A stretch of 64,000 nucleotides of DNA from NCBI RefSeq assembly GCF_009914755.1, contig NC_060935.1; one strand, 5' to 3'. A program made the position numbers and the translations under genes. The notes under the pieces are model-generated. The model ran no database searches. It was not told the origin of the DNA and saw only the letters and a list, made by a program, of their open reading frames with translations. The number at the start of each line of letters is the position of its first letter. Positions within the stretch are counted from its first letter, which is position 1. This document shows positions 12,378 through 25,051 of this stretch, piece by piece. This DNA is from the human T2T-CHM13v2.0 reference genome, Homo sapiens.

Positions 12378-14029
12378 AGAAATATGATATTGCAACATAG
12401 AGGTCACATGCCTGCTGTGGTATTATTTAAAGCCCTTATGGTATTTTCATTCTGGAAAATCTTTTTTAAATGTTCATTTTTTTCATTCATTTGCTTAAAA
12501 AGAAGTATTACACTACTACTTTGTGATGAAAACTCTGCTATTCCATCAAATTTAGGCTTTACATATTTTTTCATGTAGGGTAATATAAAATGAAATGGAG
12601 TAGGATTTATCTAGATGTCAGCGAACACATGCTTTTTTCATGCACAATTAACGCTGGATTTGCATACAGAGACTTTGCCTACGAAATATAACTTAAGCTA
12701 CACACACACATACACATTACACACACATCTCAAGTACTTCCTATATTTAGTCTCTTCCGTCCTCAGAAGAGCACAGATCATTATTAGATCTCTAGGCCTC
12801 TAGGGTGTCTTCTAATTCTAGATTCTAAGGCTTTACAGAAGGTCGATCATTCATCATGAAACACATGGGCTCAAGAATAATCTTTCAAGAATCTATAAAT
12901 ATATCTTAGATAAACATGTGTCATTGATTCATGCCTGGCCAAAACAAAATTTCTGAAAGCTCTCTATCCCAGAACATCTTTGCATTTGTCACAACTCTCT
13001 AATAATCAATCACAATTGTCCCCTTTTCCCACAGAGCAGATGCTGGCCAAACCTACCCTGAGTTTGGACAACTGGGGGTGGGGTGCAGAGTCCCTAGGCA
13101 TCTATTTGCAGGGGTGATTTGCATCAAGGAAAATATGCCACAGAAATTTTGAGTTCAGGTATCTGATACTCAAGCTGAAAGATCAGAATCCAGTAGCCAG
13201 CCTCACCTAGGTGACCAGGTCTAATCCCTATGGAGAAAGGGCTGTGCTCCTCACTTGTGCATGGACTATAACCAGGCTCCTTCTCTGTAAGGAAGACTGA
13301 AGATGATGCAAGGCTGTTTGAACACCTCCAGGGCCCTGATGCTTGGGGAGCCCTGGGAGACAGCATCTGGGGTAAGGCAGCCTTCTCCCAGAGAAGCTGC
13401 AGCAAGGCCTGAGAAGACTACAGTGTATCTGGAAAGTGGCTGCCCCATATACTCAGCAACAGCTCAGCCAATGCCTGCTGGAGAACAAATGTGAAAATTC
13501 TGGGGACTCCCAGAAATGCTCTGGAAATTGGGATTTGCAGATAAGTGGGGTCATTCTTCAACAGATGGGGGTGGAAACCAGGCCACCTTGGCCATAAGGC
13601 TAACATGTCTTGCTAATTCCCACAGGCTGGAGAGGCCTTGGATATCAGTGTTTTCCTAAAACTTGCTGATTTCTGCCTTTTTCTCTTCATTTTGCATTTA
13701 AAACAAACCAAGCAAATTTATAATTTATAACTGTTCTCTCTTTTCTCCTAGCTCTCCTCCTCTCCCTCAGTTCTCTGGTTTCACTCTTATAAACAAATTG
13801 CTGTTACTAAATTCTAGCAGCCTAGCAGTGCTCAACGGGCTTCATTCAAACTCTTTCTCCACACACACACCGCAGGGGTCTCTATTTCATTTAGGTCTCA
13901 CTCACAATTTCACTTTATATTTCACAACTCTTCCTACTCTCCCAAGTATTTGGCAACGCTTAAGGATATGGTATGGACTTTTAGGCCAAATGTCATTTCA
14001 CATATTTATACAATGCTACAATGTGTACT

Positions 14030-14430
14030 TCAAGACCCTAATTTTACAGATGAGAAATGAATTCAAAGAGTAGAGGAGTGGAGTACACACAGCCAGAACT
14101 GGAGCTGGAAACCATCCCTAGATCTTGTGATTGCTTCAACAATATTCTTTATGCAATTCCATGACAGTCACAACATAGAGCTCTTTCTGAAGGAGACTTA
14201 GAGGAAGAAAAGTGGGTAGGAGGATGGGCTACAAATTCTGGAGCTAGACTTACACTGCTGGAGTTAGAATCTCAACTCTTAACATTTATAAGCTGTGTGA
14301 CTCTTAACTTCGCCAAACCTTAGCATACTCATCTGTTAAAATGAAAATAACAATGGTATGTACATCATTGGCATGTGGTGAAGTTTAAATAAGCAATATA
14401 AGGTACTTAACATATTGCCTCAACATAGTA
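14030..14430. mobile_element. Two MIR fragments in opposite orientation
   Basis: attttacagatgagaaa (minus, ~14030-14150) and agctgtgtgact ... catctgttaaaatg (plus, ~14240-14430). Confidence 0.55.
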
Positions 14431-16329
14431 AATGAAAGGGAAAAAAAGCAAGATAAGTTTAAGCTATTAATTAGCATTTTACTAAAGAATAGTATATAAG
14501 TGATATAGTAAACATATGAAAACTGAAATCTACTATATATATATGTGTGTACCAGCATATATATATATACCTACATACATATAGATTATACCTTACATAA
14601 ATATACATATGTATGGACATTGCATTTCTACAATGAATTCAATTGTTTAGTTTCCCCAGTTTGCATAGATTTCCATTTTACTTTACTAGAACACCCTAGT
14701 GTTTACACAGAGGAAACATCTGTTTTCTCTAGTGTATAAATAAATAAAATTCCTCAAAGAAATCTGGACAAGTTATTTTATCAGGGCTCACAGCCAACAG
14801 GGTCCTTGTAATAATCCCCAACAATGGTTTTAACAACATTATATAGGCATTGTGGTTCCAGCACATTTTCACTAATGTCTTTTGTATACTGGGAACTAAT
14901 TCAAGAGAAATTAACAATATGATCCACATGGAGAAATAAAAGTCATATTGGATGTCAAACCATGACTGATTGATTGCCTCTTCATTGCTGAAGAATACAG
15001 TTTTTAACAACCAAAGGATAAAAAATTAAAGTGAATTCTGAATTTCCAAATCCAGTTTATAGGTACTGAGAAAATCAATGTTGCTTTTACTGATCTGTGA
15101 TATTAGCAGAAGAAATAAGATGTACCAAGGAACCATGCCTGTCTCATAGTTTGGCTCACTCTTCTATTTTTGCCTATGTTTATACTGAAAACACATTTTG
15201 GCCCCAGTCCAAAAAAATGACCAAATCCATGATAATTTCCAGAGACTGTTGGCCAAAGCTTAAATGAAGAAATATGTCACTTCTCTCACAAATAATCAAT
15301 CAGTCTTGGCAGCAAGTTACAATAGCGGTCCATCTCATCAGAACTGGCTCTTACTACTATGGATTCTAAAAAATCCATAACCCTGAGGTTGAAGACACAG
15401 TTCCTCTTTCTACAGCAAAGAGAATGCTTAATATTATCGGAGCCCTGTCTGCTCATAGACAAGGAACTCACAAAATAATAATAATGCTAGAAACTGAAGT
15501 GGTATATTACTTAAGAATAAAACTATTACCTTCAATGACATACTGACCAATACAGAATGTAAAGACTTTAGAAGAGGCTGGGCTTTTTTTTTTTTTTTTT
15601 CCTTTGATTTGAAGGGACTTTGGAGTCTCAATGTAAGGAAGCTAGCTGTGAGACTAAAAATTAAGATTCTCAATTTACAGTTGATTTTTCAGGCTATAAA
15701 AGATCTTGATGGCTTTTAGACACACTCATGATTTAGCTTTTTGCAAATAAAGGTGTTGAAAGCATAGAAAATTTCCTTATGAAAGAAAAATCTGTCTTGT
15801 TTTCTGCGTGTTTTACTCACTGGCTATCATTGACTAAAAATTTACACTACAAGCTGGAATTTTAACTTTTCCACAATGTCAATTTAAATTTTCCATGAAT
15901 AAATGAGAAATGCCATTGAGTGGCTGTTCTCCAGGTACTTTAAACGCCTCAGTAAGTCATGATAGCTGCCTAAGAGGATGGTCTGTACTGCTCATCTAAA
16001 GCACCTCTTCATAAACACTGTTTTAACTACTGTCTACACCTCAAACAGAAAACTAACACCACGTGTCACCTAAAAGGTAAACCCGCCTCAGCAAGTGGAT
16101 CAAAAAGTCATTCTGGTGTCTTGTTAAGTATTACTTTCATCACTAATTTCCTTCTTCAGTTACTTATGTTTAAAGAAAAAAAAAGTGAGCCATTGATTTA
16201 GCCACTTCACTCGAAAGTGCACCTTCCAAAGGTGCTCTTGTGGTCAAAATTTTTCTTTGAAGACAGAAAAGGTGAAGGGCGGACTTCTCCTCAGTGATCC
16301 TGGTCACTGTGCAGCAGGTGGGTGTATAA

Positions 16330-16740
16330 GAAACGCACCAATATGGGCAATCTCAGAATAGAGGTTTGCAGAAACCGTTCCTAGAGGCACCAAAACGTAG
16401 TTAACCGGGTGTCTGACCACATGGCTGCCAGGAGCCTAGTGAGTCTGCGCACACGCACTACCTCCGCCCCGGCAGTTCCTGAGTGGGTGCGCAGGCGCAA
16501 GAGGAGCACACCGTTGCCATTGCAGACCGTCACTCCCTGAGGAGCCTGAGAGCCGGCCGGGTGCTGGGCTCCTGGCTATCCCTGTGATGGTAGCTCAGCG
16601 AGATCTGGGGACCTGGCGCTGAGCGCGTTGCCAGCCGGGATCTTCCTCTTCATCTAGGCCTGGGCGCTGGCGTGAGAACTCGGACTGGGTCCTGGACGAG
16701 CGCCCCCCGAAACTCCTTGGAACCTTGAACAAGTAAAATG
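16330..16740 (+). promoter_or_regulatory. MS4A13: CpG-rich promoter and non-coding first exon region of MS4A13 (TSS and donor not resolved)
   Basis: The only non-repeat CpG cluster in the window; CCAAT 16338, YY1-like 16419, GC box 16462, NRF1-like TGCGCAGGCGCA 16488-16499, overlapping MYB/RFX-like site ~16510-16527. Confidence 0.8.
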
Positions 16741-17105
16741 CAGGGTAGTGATGTCGCTTTGCTGGAGTGCTTTCGTGTCAGAAGCCATAAAGGGACACGG
16801 AGGCTGATTACGGTGTTCCTCTCCCTATCATACTCTGTAAACAGTAGGCACTATTTACTACTCAGAGATGATAGCTGTAAAATGCCGATATGTTTTAGTC
16901 ATAGAGAGAGACTTTTCAGTTATGAAGGCTGTTATTCAGAACAGATGGATGAAAGTTGATGCCTCTAATATTAAGGCCTAGAAAGAAGAAAGAAGGCTAT
17001 TGCTTCTGAATTTGGAGAGGTGGTGACTGAACAATAAGGAAAGGATCAAACTTACGTATTTTCTTCTAAGAAAATAATGTATATGTGCTTTGTACTGTTT
17101 TGTAG

Positions 17106-17221
17106 AAGTTTGCTAATAAAGACATCACCAAAGGTTAAAGAGAAAATCATCTAGAGGAAATGCTGGCAGTATGGCATGTGTTCTTTAACAAATCTCTACA
17201 GCAGATTCTCTCGTTTTAGGG
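17106..17221 (+). other. MS4A13: MS4A13 5' exon, currently UTR, with three upstream ATGs
   Basis: ctgttttgtag| acceptor and |gtaaga donor; ends ...ADSLVLG in frame with TIQIMIG of the next exon. Confidence 0.8.
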
Positions 17222-17701
17222 GTAAGATTTCACTTTGACTAACTAAATTTAAGATCATGAACTATTTCATTTTTTTAACGGATATATTGGATCTAAAGGG
17301 GGACAGACTTGGTTAAATCAAAAGGGTAAAAGTTTTTTTTTTTTCAAATGTTGATTGTCTTCTACAAATTTTGACTGATCTCATGTTCCTTCATGTGCTG
17401 AGATATGGGGATACAGACTAAACCAACACACACAGGATAATAGAGAAATCCAAGTAAGGTTTAAAAGGAAAAAAGAGAGTACTGCACTTACATTTATGCA
17501 GTAGGATGATTATAAATTTGTCTCTTCTATTAAGTTATAAACATGTGAAGTTACAGTTTAGCTTTCTTAATGAACACCAAGGAATTATGAGTATCATGCT
17601 TTTTCACATCCAAAGGGGAGAAAACATTTCCACTCGTGAACTTTTCTTCTGAATTTGAATGTTGCATAGATCAATTATCTAAGTCGCCTATACGACTGTT
17701 C

Positions 17702-17876
17702 AGCAGAGGTTCTTAACCTCTTTGGGGTCACAGACCATTTTGGCATAGAATGAAAACTCTGAATCTTCTTTCCAGAATTATGTACATGTCACAATCCTTC
17801 GCATTTTTTTTCCCTGGGGGCAGGGGGTAGGCGGGTCTGACCTCCTGGAACTCATATTGATTCTAGATTAAGAATC
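17702..17876. mobile_element. hAT-Charlie type MITE
   Basis: cagaggttcttaacc ... gattaagaatc terminal inverted-repeat pattern. Confidence 0.5.
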
Positions 17877-19222
17877 ATTTTTAAATAAGAAAACCTATCT
17901 TGTCCTTCTCCACACACTGGCAGTTCTTAACAAGCATTGGCTAATTAGCTATCTCATGGTTTTATATAAAACAATAGTCAATCATTTAAAAAGAGATAGT
18001 ACTTTTCAAGCTCACTTACTTTTTTAACAGTTGGGAAAGTCACATGGAATCACTATTCTTGACACCAGTATGCTTATATAAGAGGTATTTGCTGGATGCC
18101 TTCTCTATTCTGGGCACCATATTAGAGGCTGGTGATAAAACAATAAAAAAAAAAAAACTCCAGGCCCTAAGGGATTTTGCAGTCTGGTGGGAGATATTTC
18201 TCCAGGCAAATCCAAAGAATTTCTGGAAAATTACCATTCTTGCAAATTTGATGCAAGGGGAAACGTTAAATTCTAAATCTATAAAAATGCATGATCGTTA
18301 CCAAAAAAGAGACTTTTTCTTAAAAAAAAAAAACAAAACTTCTCCGAAATGTATTTTTTAAAGTTAGCCAATTGCACTTATATATTTCATAGACTGCCTG
18401 CTTTGCAAAGAGCTGGAACTCTTAAAACATTAAATAGCTTTCTGTTTAAGTTTATATGAAAATAAAATTTATGTGTCCTCTGTCATTTTTAAAGAGTAAT
18501 CAAAAATGTGATTAAATATATGAAATATCAGTTCACATATAAATTCAGAAATAAATTTGCTGGGATTATAATTATCTTCTTACAAATTAGAGTTGAGTAA
18601 TAATTCTCCCCTATTCAAAATCCTTCCCCTTTCCAATGGGAAAACCGAGTTCAAGCGAGTCCATTTTGGATATTTTCTGTATTGCTGTGTTGGATTATGC
18701 CCCACTCCAGCATACTTGTGAAAAAAATCATACCAAATACTCCTTGAAGGAAAAGATAAATCAAACCTTTATAAAATTCAAAAAGTGATTCATCTTTAAT
18801 AAATTACTAATGTACAAGAAAATGTTGGATTTATGGCTTCCTGCATTATAGTAGATTAGTAACCACATTTTCTCTGAAGTAACCCCAATATTCTCTCATA
18901 CCATTACTTGATAGGTAGGGAGACTATCCAGTGATAGAATCAAACTGTTAACTTACAGGAGAATTGGCCAGAGCTACTATTATTGAACAGCCTGTTGCTT
19001 TCAGTATGACTGATTCCTATTTGGTAAATCTCAGTCCTTCCTGATCGGTCCTTTTTTCTGGGATAACCAATCCAGGAAATACATCATTAAGTGCATTGCT
19101 GTTTTACTTTTGTATTTGTAAAGGTGTTAAATGCTTCTTATAGTTAACACTTATTGGAATTGTGTTTTAAATTACATTATTTCGGTACTAACAGAATTCT
19201 CTTCTCACAGACTATCCAGATT

Positions 19223-19351
19223 ATGATTGGCATCTTTCACGTTTTCATGTGGTACTTTCTATTGGTTTTGTATATGGGACAAATTAAAGGAGCCTTTGGA
19301 ACGTATGAACCTGTAACTTACAAAACAGGATGTACTTTATGGGGAATTTTT
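19223..19351 (+). CDS. MS4A13: MS4A13 first coding exon (exon spans 19211-19351; MIGIFHVFMW...TLWGIF)
   Basis: cttctcacag| and |gtgagt; ATG at 19223; paralogous to the MS4A12 exon at 2211-2348. Confidence 0.95.
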
Positions 19352-21200
19352 GTGAGTAGAATACATATATATTGCTTTAATCATACAATAAATAATATTC
19401 ATGCCAATAGTAGAAGGTAGGGAACGGTTTCTGAACAAGGTTTTCAGGAGAATTATGTAACTAAATCCCATGTTGATAATTTATTCAAAGTCAGATTCCT
19501 TTTTTCAACAAATATATATTGAGCACCTTTAATTTACAAGTGCTGTTTCAAGAGATATGGATACAGGAGTACACAATGACAACCATAGGGCAGTTTGTCC
19601 CTAGATATGTGAAAGGCAAAGAATCTTAACTATAATATCCATTAGCATGATTAACTTGCATGTTTATTATCTTCACTTCAGTCTCCTCACCCAATGAGTC
19701 AGTACTCATTTTCTAAATTTTTCATTACTAACACTCTCCTGTGGTTTCTAGATAGCCATTAGGTAGAGGAAAACCTGGAGAGCATGATATCCTGGAAGCC
19801 AAGTGAAGAAATTGTTAGAAGAAATGAGGAAGGATCAACTATATTATATTTTGTTGTTTTGTCAAATAAAATGAGGACTACGAATTGACCATTGGATTTA
19901 GCAATATGGAAGTCAGTAGTAAATTTTACAAGTAGTTTCAGTGGAATTGTGAAGCAAAAACCTGGTAGGAGTTGATTTAAGAAAAAAATAGGAAGAGAGG
20001 AATTACAGACAGCAAACAGGAGCTTCTTTAAGGACTTTACTGTAATGTGGTATAAAGAAATGGGGTGATAGCTGGGGAAACTTGGCTCAAGAGAGGGTTT
20101 GCTTATTAGTTTCTGTGAGTTGAAAGAAACAGCATCATATCCTTTGTTGAGAGGACTGAACCAAAAGAAAGAAAATTGATGATATGAGTAAATGGGGGTG
20201 GGTATTGGGATCAAGTATTTGTGTAGGCAAGAGGTGATGGATTTTGATGCACAAATAGCTAGGAGCATAGAAAGTTTATCTAGGGCATGGTTCTCAGCTA
20301 GAGGCAATTTTGCCCCTGATAACATTTTATAATATCTGGAGATATTTTGGATTTTCACCGCTGGAGATGTACATCAGATGGGCAGGGGCAAAAGATGCTG
20401 CTAAATAGCCTGTGATCCACAGGACAGCACCTCACAACAAAGAATTATCCAGTCTAATTATAAATGGTTTCAAAGTACAAAAACAGAAGGGAAAGGCAGA
20501 GAAAGGAGAGTTTTCTTTGATAGGATGTTGGAAGCCTGTGGAAGTTTTTTTTTTTTTCCAGTAGCTTCAAATAGCTCAATGAATTAGGAAGCAAGATTAT
20601 GAGCTGAGATTGAGTATGGGGAAGTGGTTTGGTTGTTTGAGGAAAGGCAAGAGAATATGAAATAATCATCGAGGAAAAGTGAGAGTGCACAGATTATGGA
20701 GAGGTGGTTTTATTTTCACACAGCATTAAGGACATACTTGAGGTTTAGGAACAGGATATGAATATGGGTTGTATGCCTTCCTCAGGCCATGTTCAGCTGC
20801 ATGAGTGCAACCATGCAGTAGGATAAAAACAATCAGGATCTTTGTTTAGCTGTGCAACTATAATAAAACAAGAAAGGTGCAAAGCAATTGCAAGTGGATA
20901 TAGGGCAGTGTTTGTAATGGTTGGCCATGAAATTTAAGTTAGTGATGGAAAGAAGAATTTAACAGAGAGTTGAAGTTCTCAGATTATAGACCCAGGTGGG
21001 GTCAAAGGGTTGTTAGAATTTTAATACTAGAGGGCATGAGCTAGAAAGATAGCAGGTGATGATCAGGTGGAATACTTGAAATTAAGATTTGAAAGGTACA
21101 ACAAGGACAAGAGAATGATTATGGGAGTGAGTGACTAAGATAGTTTGGAGTCAGGGATTGGAGGAGAGAACAAGAACCACAAGCCCAAGGTATAGAAAGA

Positions 21201-23325
21201 TGATATGGTTTGGCTGTGTGTCCCCACCCAAATCTCATCTTATAGCTCCCATAATTCCCAAGTATTGTGGGAGGGACCTGGTGGAAGATAACTGAATCAT
21301 GAGGCTGGGGGGGTGGCGAGTCATTCCCATGCTGTTCTCATGATAGTGAATAAGTCTCACAAGATCTAATGGTTTTAAGAAATGGGAGTTTTTCTGCCCC
21401 TGGCCCCTCCTAAATTTCATGTCTTCACATTTCAAAACCAATCATGCCTTCCCAACTGTCCCCCAAAGTCTTAACTCATTTCAGCATTAACTCAAAAGTC
21501 CACAGTCCAAAGTCTCATCTGAGACAAGGCAAGGTCCTCTCCACCTATGAGCCTGTAAAATCAATAGCAAGTTAGTTACTTCCTAGATACAATGGGGGTA
21601 CAGGCTTGAGTAAATACAGCTGTTCCAAATGCGAGAAATTGGTTGAAACAAAGGCTACAGGCCCCATGCAAGTCTAAAATCCAGTGGGGCAGTCAAATCT
21701 TAAAGCTCAAAAATGATCTCCTTTGACTCCATGTCTCACATCCAGGTTATGCTGATGCAAGAGGTGGGCTCCCATGGCCTTGGGCTGCTCTACCCCTGTG
21801 GCTTCACATGGTGTAGCCCTGATCTGGCTGTTTTCACAGGCTGGCGTTGTCTGCAGCTTTTCCAGGCACACGGTGCAAGCTGTCAGAGGATCTACCATTC
21901 TGGGGTCTGGAGGATGGTGGCCTTCTTCTCACAGCTCCACCAGGCAGTGCCTCAGTAGGGACTCTGTGTGGCAGCTCCGACCCCACATTTCCCTTCTGCC
22001 CTGCCCTAGCAGAGGTTCTCCATGAGGGCCCCGCCCCTGCAGCAAACTTCCGCTGGGCATCCAGGCAGTTCCATATATCCTCTGAAATCTAGGCAGAGGT
22101 TCCAAAACCTTAATTCTTGACTTCTGTGTACCCGCAGGCTCAACACCACATGGAAACTGTCAAGGCTTGGGGCTCGCACCCTCTGAGGCCATGGCCCAAG
22201 CTCTACATTGGCCCCTTTCAGCCACAGATGAAGCAGCTGGGATTCAGGGCACCAAGTCCCTAGGCTGCACATAGTACAGGGGCCCTGGGCCCGGCCCATG
22301 AAACCACTTTTTCCTCCTAGGCTTCAGGGCCTGTGATGGGAGGGGCTGCCATGAAGATCTCAGACATGCCCTGGAGACATTTTCCCCATTGTCTTGAGAA
22401 TTAACATTCAGCTCCTCATTTCTTATGCAAATTTCTGCAGCTGGCTTAAATTTCTCCTCAGAAAATGGGTTTTTCTTTTCTATCACATTGTCAGGCTGTA
22501 AATTTTTTTGAACTTTTATGCTGTGCTTGCCTTATAAAACTGAATGCCTTTAACAGCATCCAAGTCACCTCTTGAAAGGTTTGCTGCTTAGATCATTTCT
22601 TCTGCCAGATATCTTAAATCATCTCTCTCAAGTTCAAAGTTCCACAAATCTCTAGGGAAAAATGCCACCAGTCTCTTTGCTAAAACATAACAAGAGTCAC
22701 CTTGCTCTAATTCCCAACAAATTCCTCATCTTCCATCTGAGACCACCTCAGCCTTGATTTCATTTTTCATATCATTATTGGCATTTTGGTCAAAGCCATC
22801 TGACAAGTCTCTAGGGAGTTCCAAACTTTCCCACATTTTCCTGTCTTCTTCTAAGTCCTCCAAACTGTCCTAACATCTGCCTGTTACCCAGTTCCAAAGT
22901 CACTTCCAAATTTTTGGGTATCTTTTCAGCAGCACCCCACTCCTGGTGCCAATTTACTGTAATAGTCCATTTTTATGCTGCTAATAAAGACATACCTGAG
23001 ACTGGGCAATTTACAAAAGATAGAGGTTTGTTGGACTTACAGTTTCTCATGGCTGGGAAGGCCTCACAATTGTGGCAGAAGGCAAGGAGGAGCAAGTCAC
23101 ATCTTACATGAATGGCAGCAGGCAAAGAGAGAGGGCTTTTGCAGGGAAACTCCCATTTTTAAAACCATCAGATCTCATAGGACTTATTCACTATCACAAG
23201 AACAGCATGGGAAGGACCCGCTCCCATGATTCAATTATCTCCCACTGGGTCCCGCCCACAACACATGGGAATTATGGAAGCTACAAGATGAGATTTGGGT
23301 GGGGACACAGAGCCAAACCATATCA
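21201..23325 (-). mobile_element. THE1 provirus: complete LTR 22958-23325 (-), internal region ~21392-22957 (-), inverted partial LTR 21201-~21397 (+)
   Basis: TGATATGG...CCATATCA termini, THE1-int sequence, 5-bp TSD AAAGA at 21196-21200 and 23326-23330. Confidence 0.93.
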
Positions 23326-23334
23326 AAAGATCAG

Positions 23335-23336
23335 AC

Positions 23337-23368
<32 letters not shown>

Positions 23369-23454
23369 GTATATATATATATATATATCTATATATGTAT
23401 ATATATAGATATATACACACATATATATGTATGTGTGTGTTTGTGTGTGTGTGT
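23335..23454. repeat. Compound microsatellite (AGAT)n-(TA)n-(TG)n
   Basis: Directly visible. Confidence 0.95.
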
Positions 23455-25051
23455 AAAAATCACCAAATATTAAGTGATGTTGGAGAGAGAATCAGAGAGT
23501 CAAAATTTCAATTCATTTGAAAAGAGGAATGGCCAAGGGGTCAATAGATTACTTAAACCATGAAGGATAGTGAGTTATAGAAACTGACATGTGATTCAAA
23601 GGTGGAGGAGAAAGAATGGTTGGATAGCAATAATGAGCAAGGAAACCACTTATCCCACACTTCGAACAGATGGAATGAGGGCTGTAGGATACAATATGGC
23701 TGCCCATTGAGACAGCAATTAATCACTAGAAGAAACAATGATCTCTAGGAGGTCTCCCACTTTTATACATACACTAGTTCATAAGTGTCAATGGATTGCC
23801 TTGAAAAAATAGGAGAAAAATATTGAATTTTTGCACAAAATCCAGATAAATGATACATGGTTCATAAAAGATGAATGGCTCATAAATAATGCACTGGTTC
23901 ATAGTTGATAAATGATAAATGATGCACTGGGTCACAAGCGTCAAAGCACTACCTTAAAAAAGAGGAGAAAAACTGTGGATTTTCCAACAAAATCCAAATA
24001 AATGATGCATTTTCCTTAGTGTTTGACCATTCACATTATAAAAATAGTATATTAAACTCCTAGGATAACTTATCTAAAATTTCAACTAAATGTAATTTAA
24101 TACTAAACTTCTCACTTAAGCCTAAACTTTGAAAGGCATTTTGTAAAACACATAGTAATCGAAAGATAATCTCATTAGAGAGCACTCTAATTCAAAATTC
24201 ACAAGATATTTTCACTTTAAATTCTGAGCTAGTTCTTACGTTCACTGTGTACCTCCTTAGAAATCTCAGCTTTTGTTGTGGAATGAAGTGCTGAACAAAT
24301 AGATTTAAAATTATCCATGGGAAGTTTGTAAGCTTCAGGTTTGGGCTTCCTACATATAGTGTATAGCATGACAAAAATAGCCTTTGACTTGGATCTTTAG
24401 TGTCTTATCAATAAAACAAATAAGGAATACTTTGAGGAAATTGTGCAACCCATCTTCAAACAATATGGCATAGTTTTATACTTCTTGGAAGTAGACAGAC
24501 TTCCTGACATGAAATAATGGAACCTCTGTTTTAAAAAACAAAGGCAAAGGCATGAATTTCTGCCATTACCTTAATAATGACTACAATCTCATAAAAGAGA
24601 CTGCATATTTTGTACCATCACAATATGGAATAGATTCTTGAGCCACTTTTTCCATATTTGGATATGTACATAGTAATCATAAGTAGTGTCATCATCTCAT
24701 TAGGAAGGATAACATTAAAAGCAATAATCAAATGAGTTATATATGATGTATCTCATACACATAAAAGCAAACTTGGTTCCCGGTCAGGACTGCTTAGGCT
24801 GTCTGGCATATTATCACAGTGTGAATCTGCCCACTGTCCCCTATGTGTCTCTGTTATGAGTGACTCTACTATTACCTTTCAATGTATTACTACATGATGT
24901 AAATTTGTCCTGACCCATCTACTAAAACTTCTGTATATTTTGTTACTATTAGCATTCTTAAAATAATTGACTTACAAGAGAGTTATTAAAAGTACATTCT
25001 AAATTGGCAAGCATTATCAATGAGTATTTATAAATATGTTTTTATATCCAG

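Larger units (their letters stand above)
19760..23750 (-). mobile_element. Ancient L2 LINE interrupted by MER20 (~20285-20452), the THE1 provirus and a microsatellite
   Basis: Minus-strand translation AKSNGQFVVLILFD...SSLGFQD resembles L2/CR1-type RT; L2-like sequence resumes on both sides of the inserts. Confidence 0.75.

Noticed and set aside
13025-13630. GC-richer intergenic block with short ORFs
   Set aside because: Probably an old LTR, but I cannot assign the family or ends, and I see no splice or coding support.
19759-20358. 199-aa minus-strand ORF with RT-like residues
   Set aside because: It is a decayed L2 RT joined to MER20 sequence, drifts out of the RT frame and has a degraded motif; no sign of domestication.
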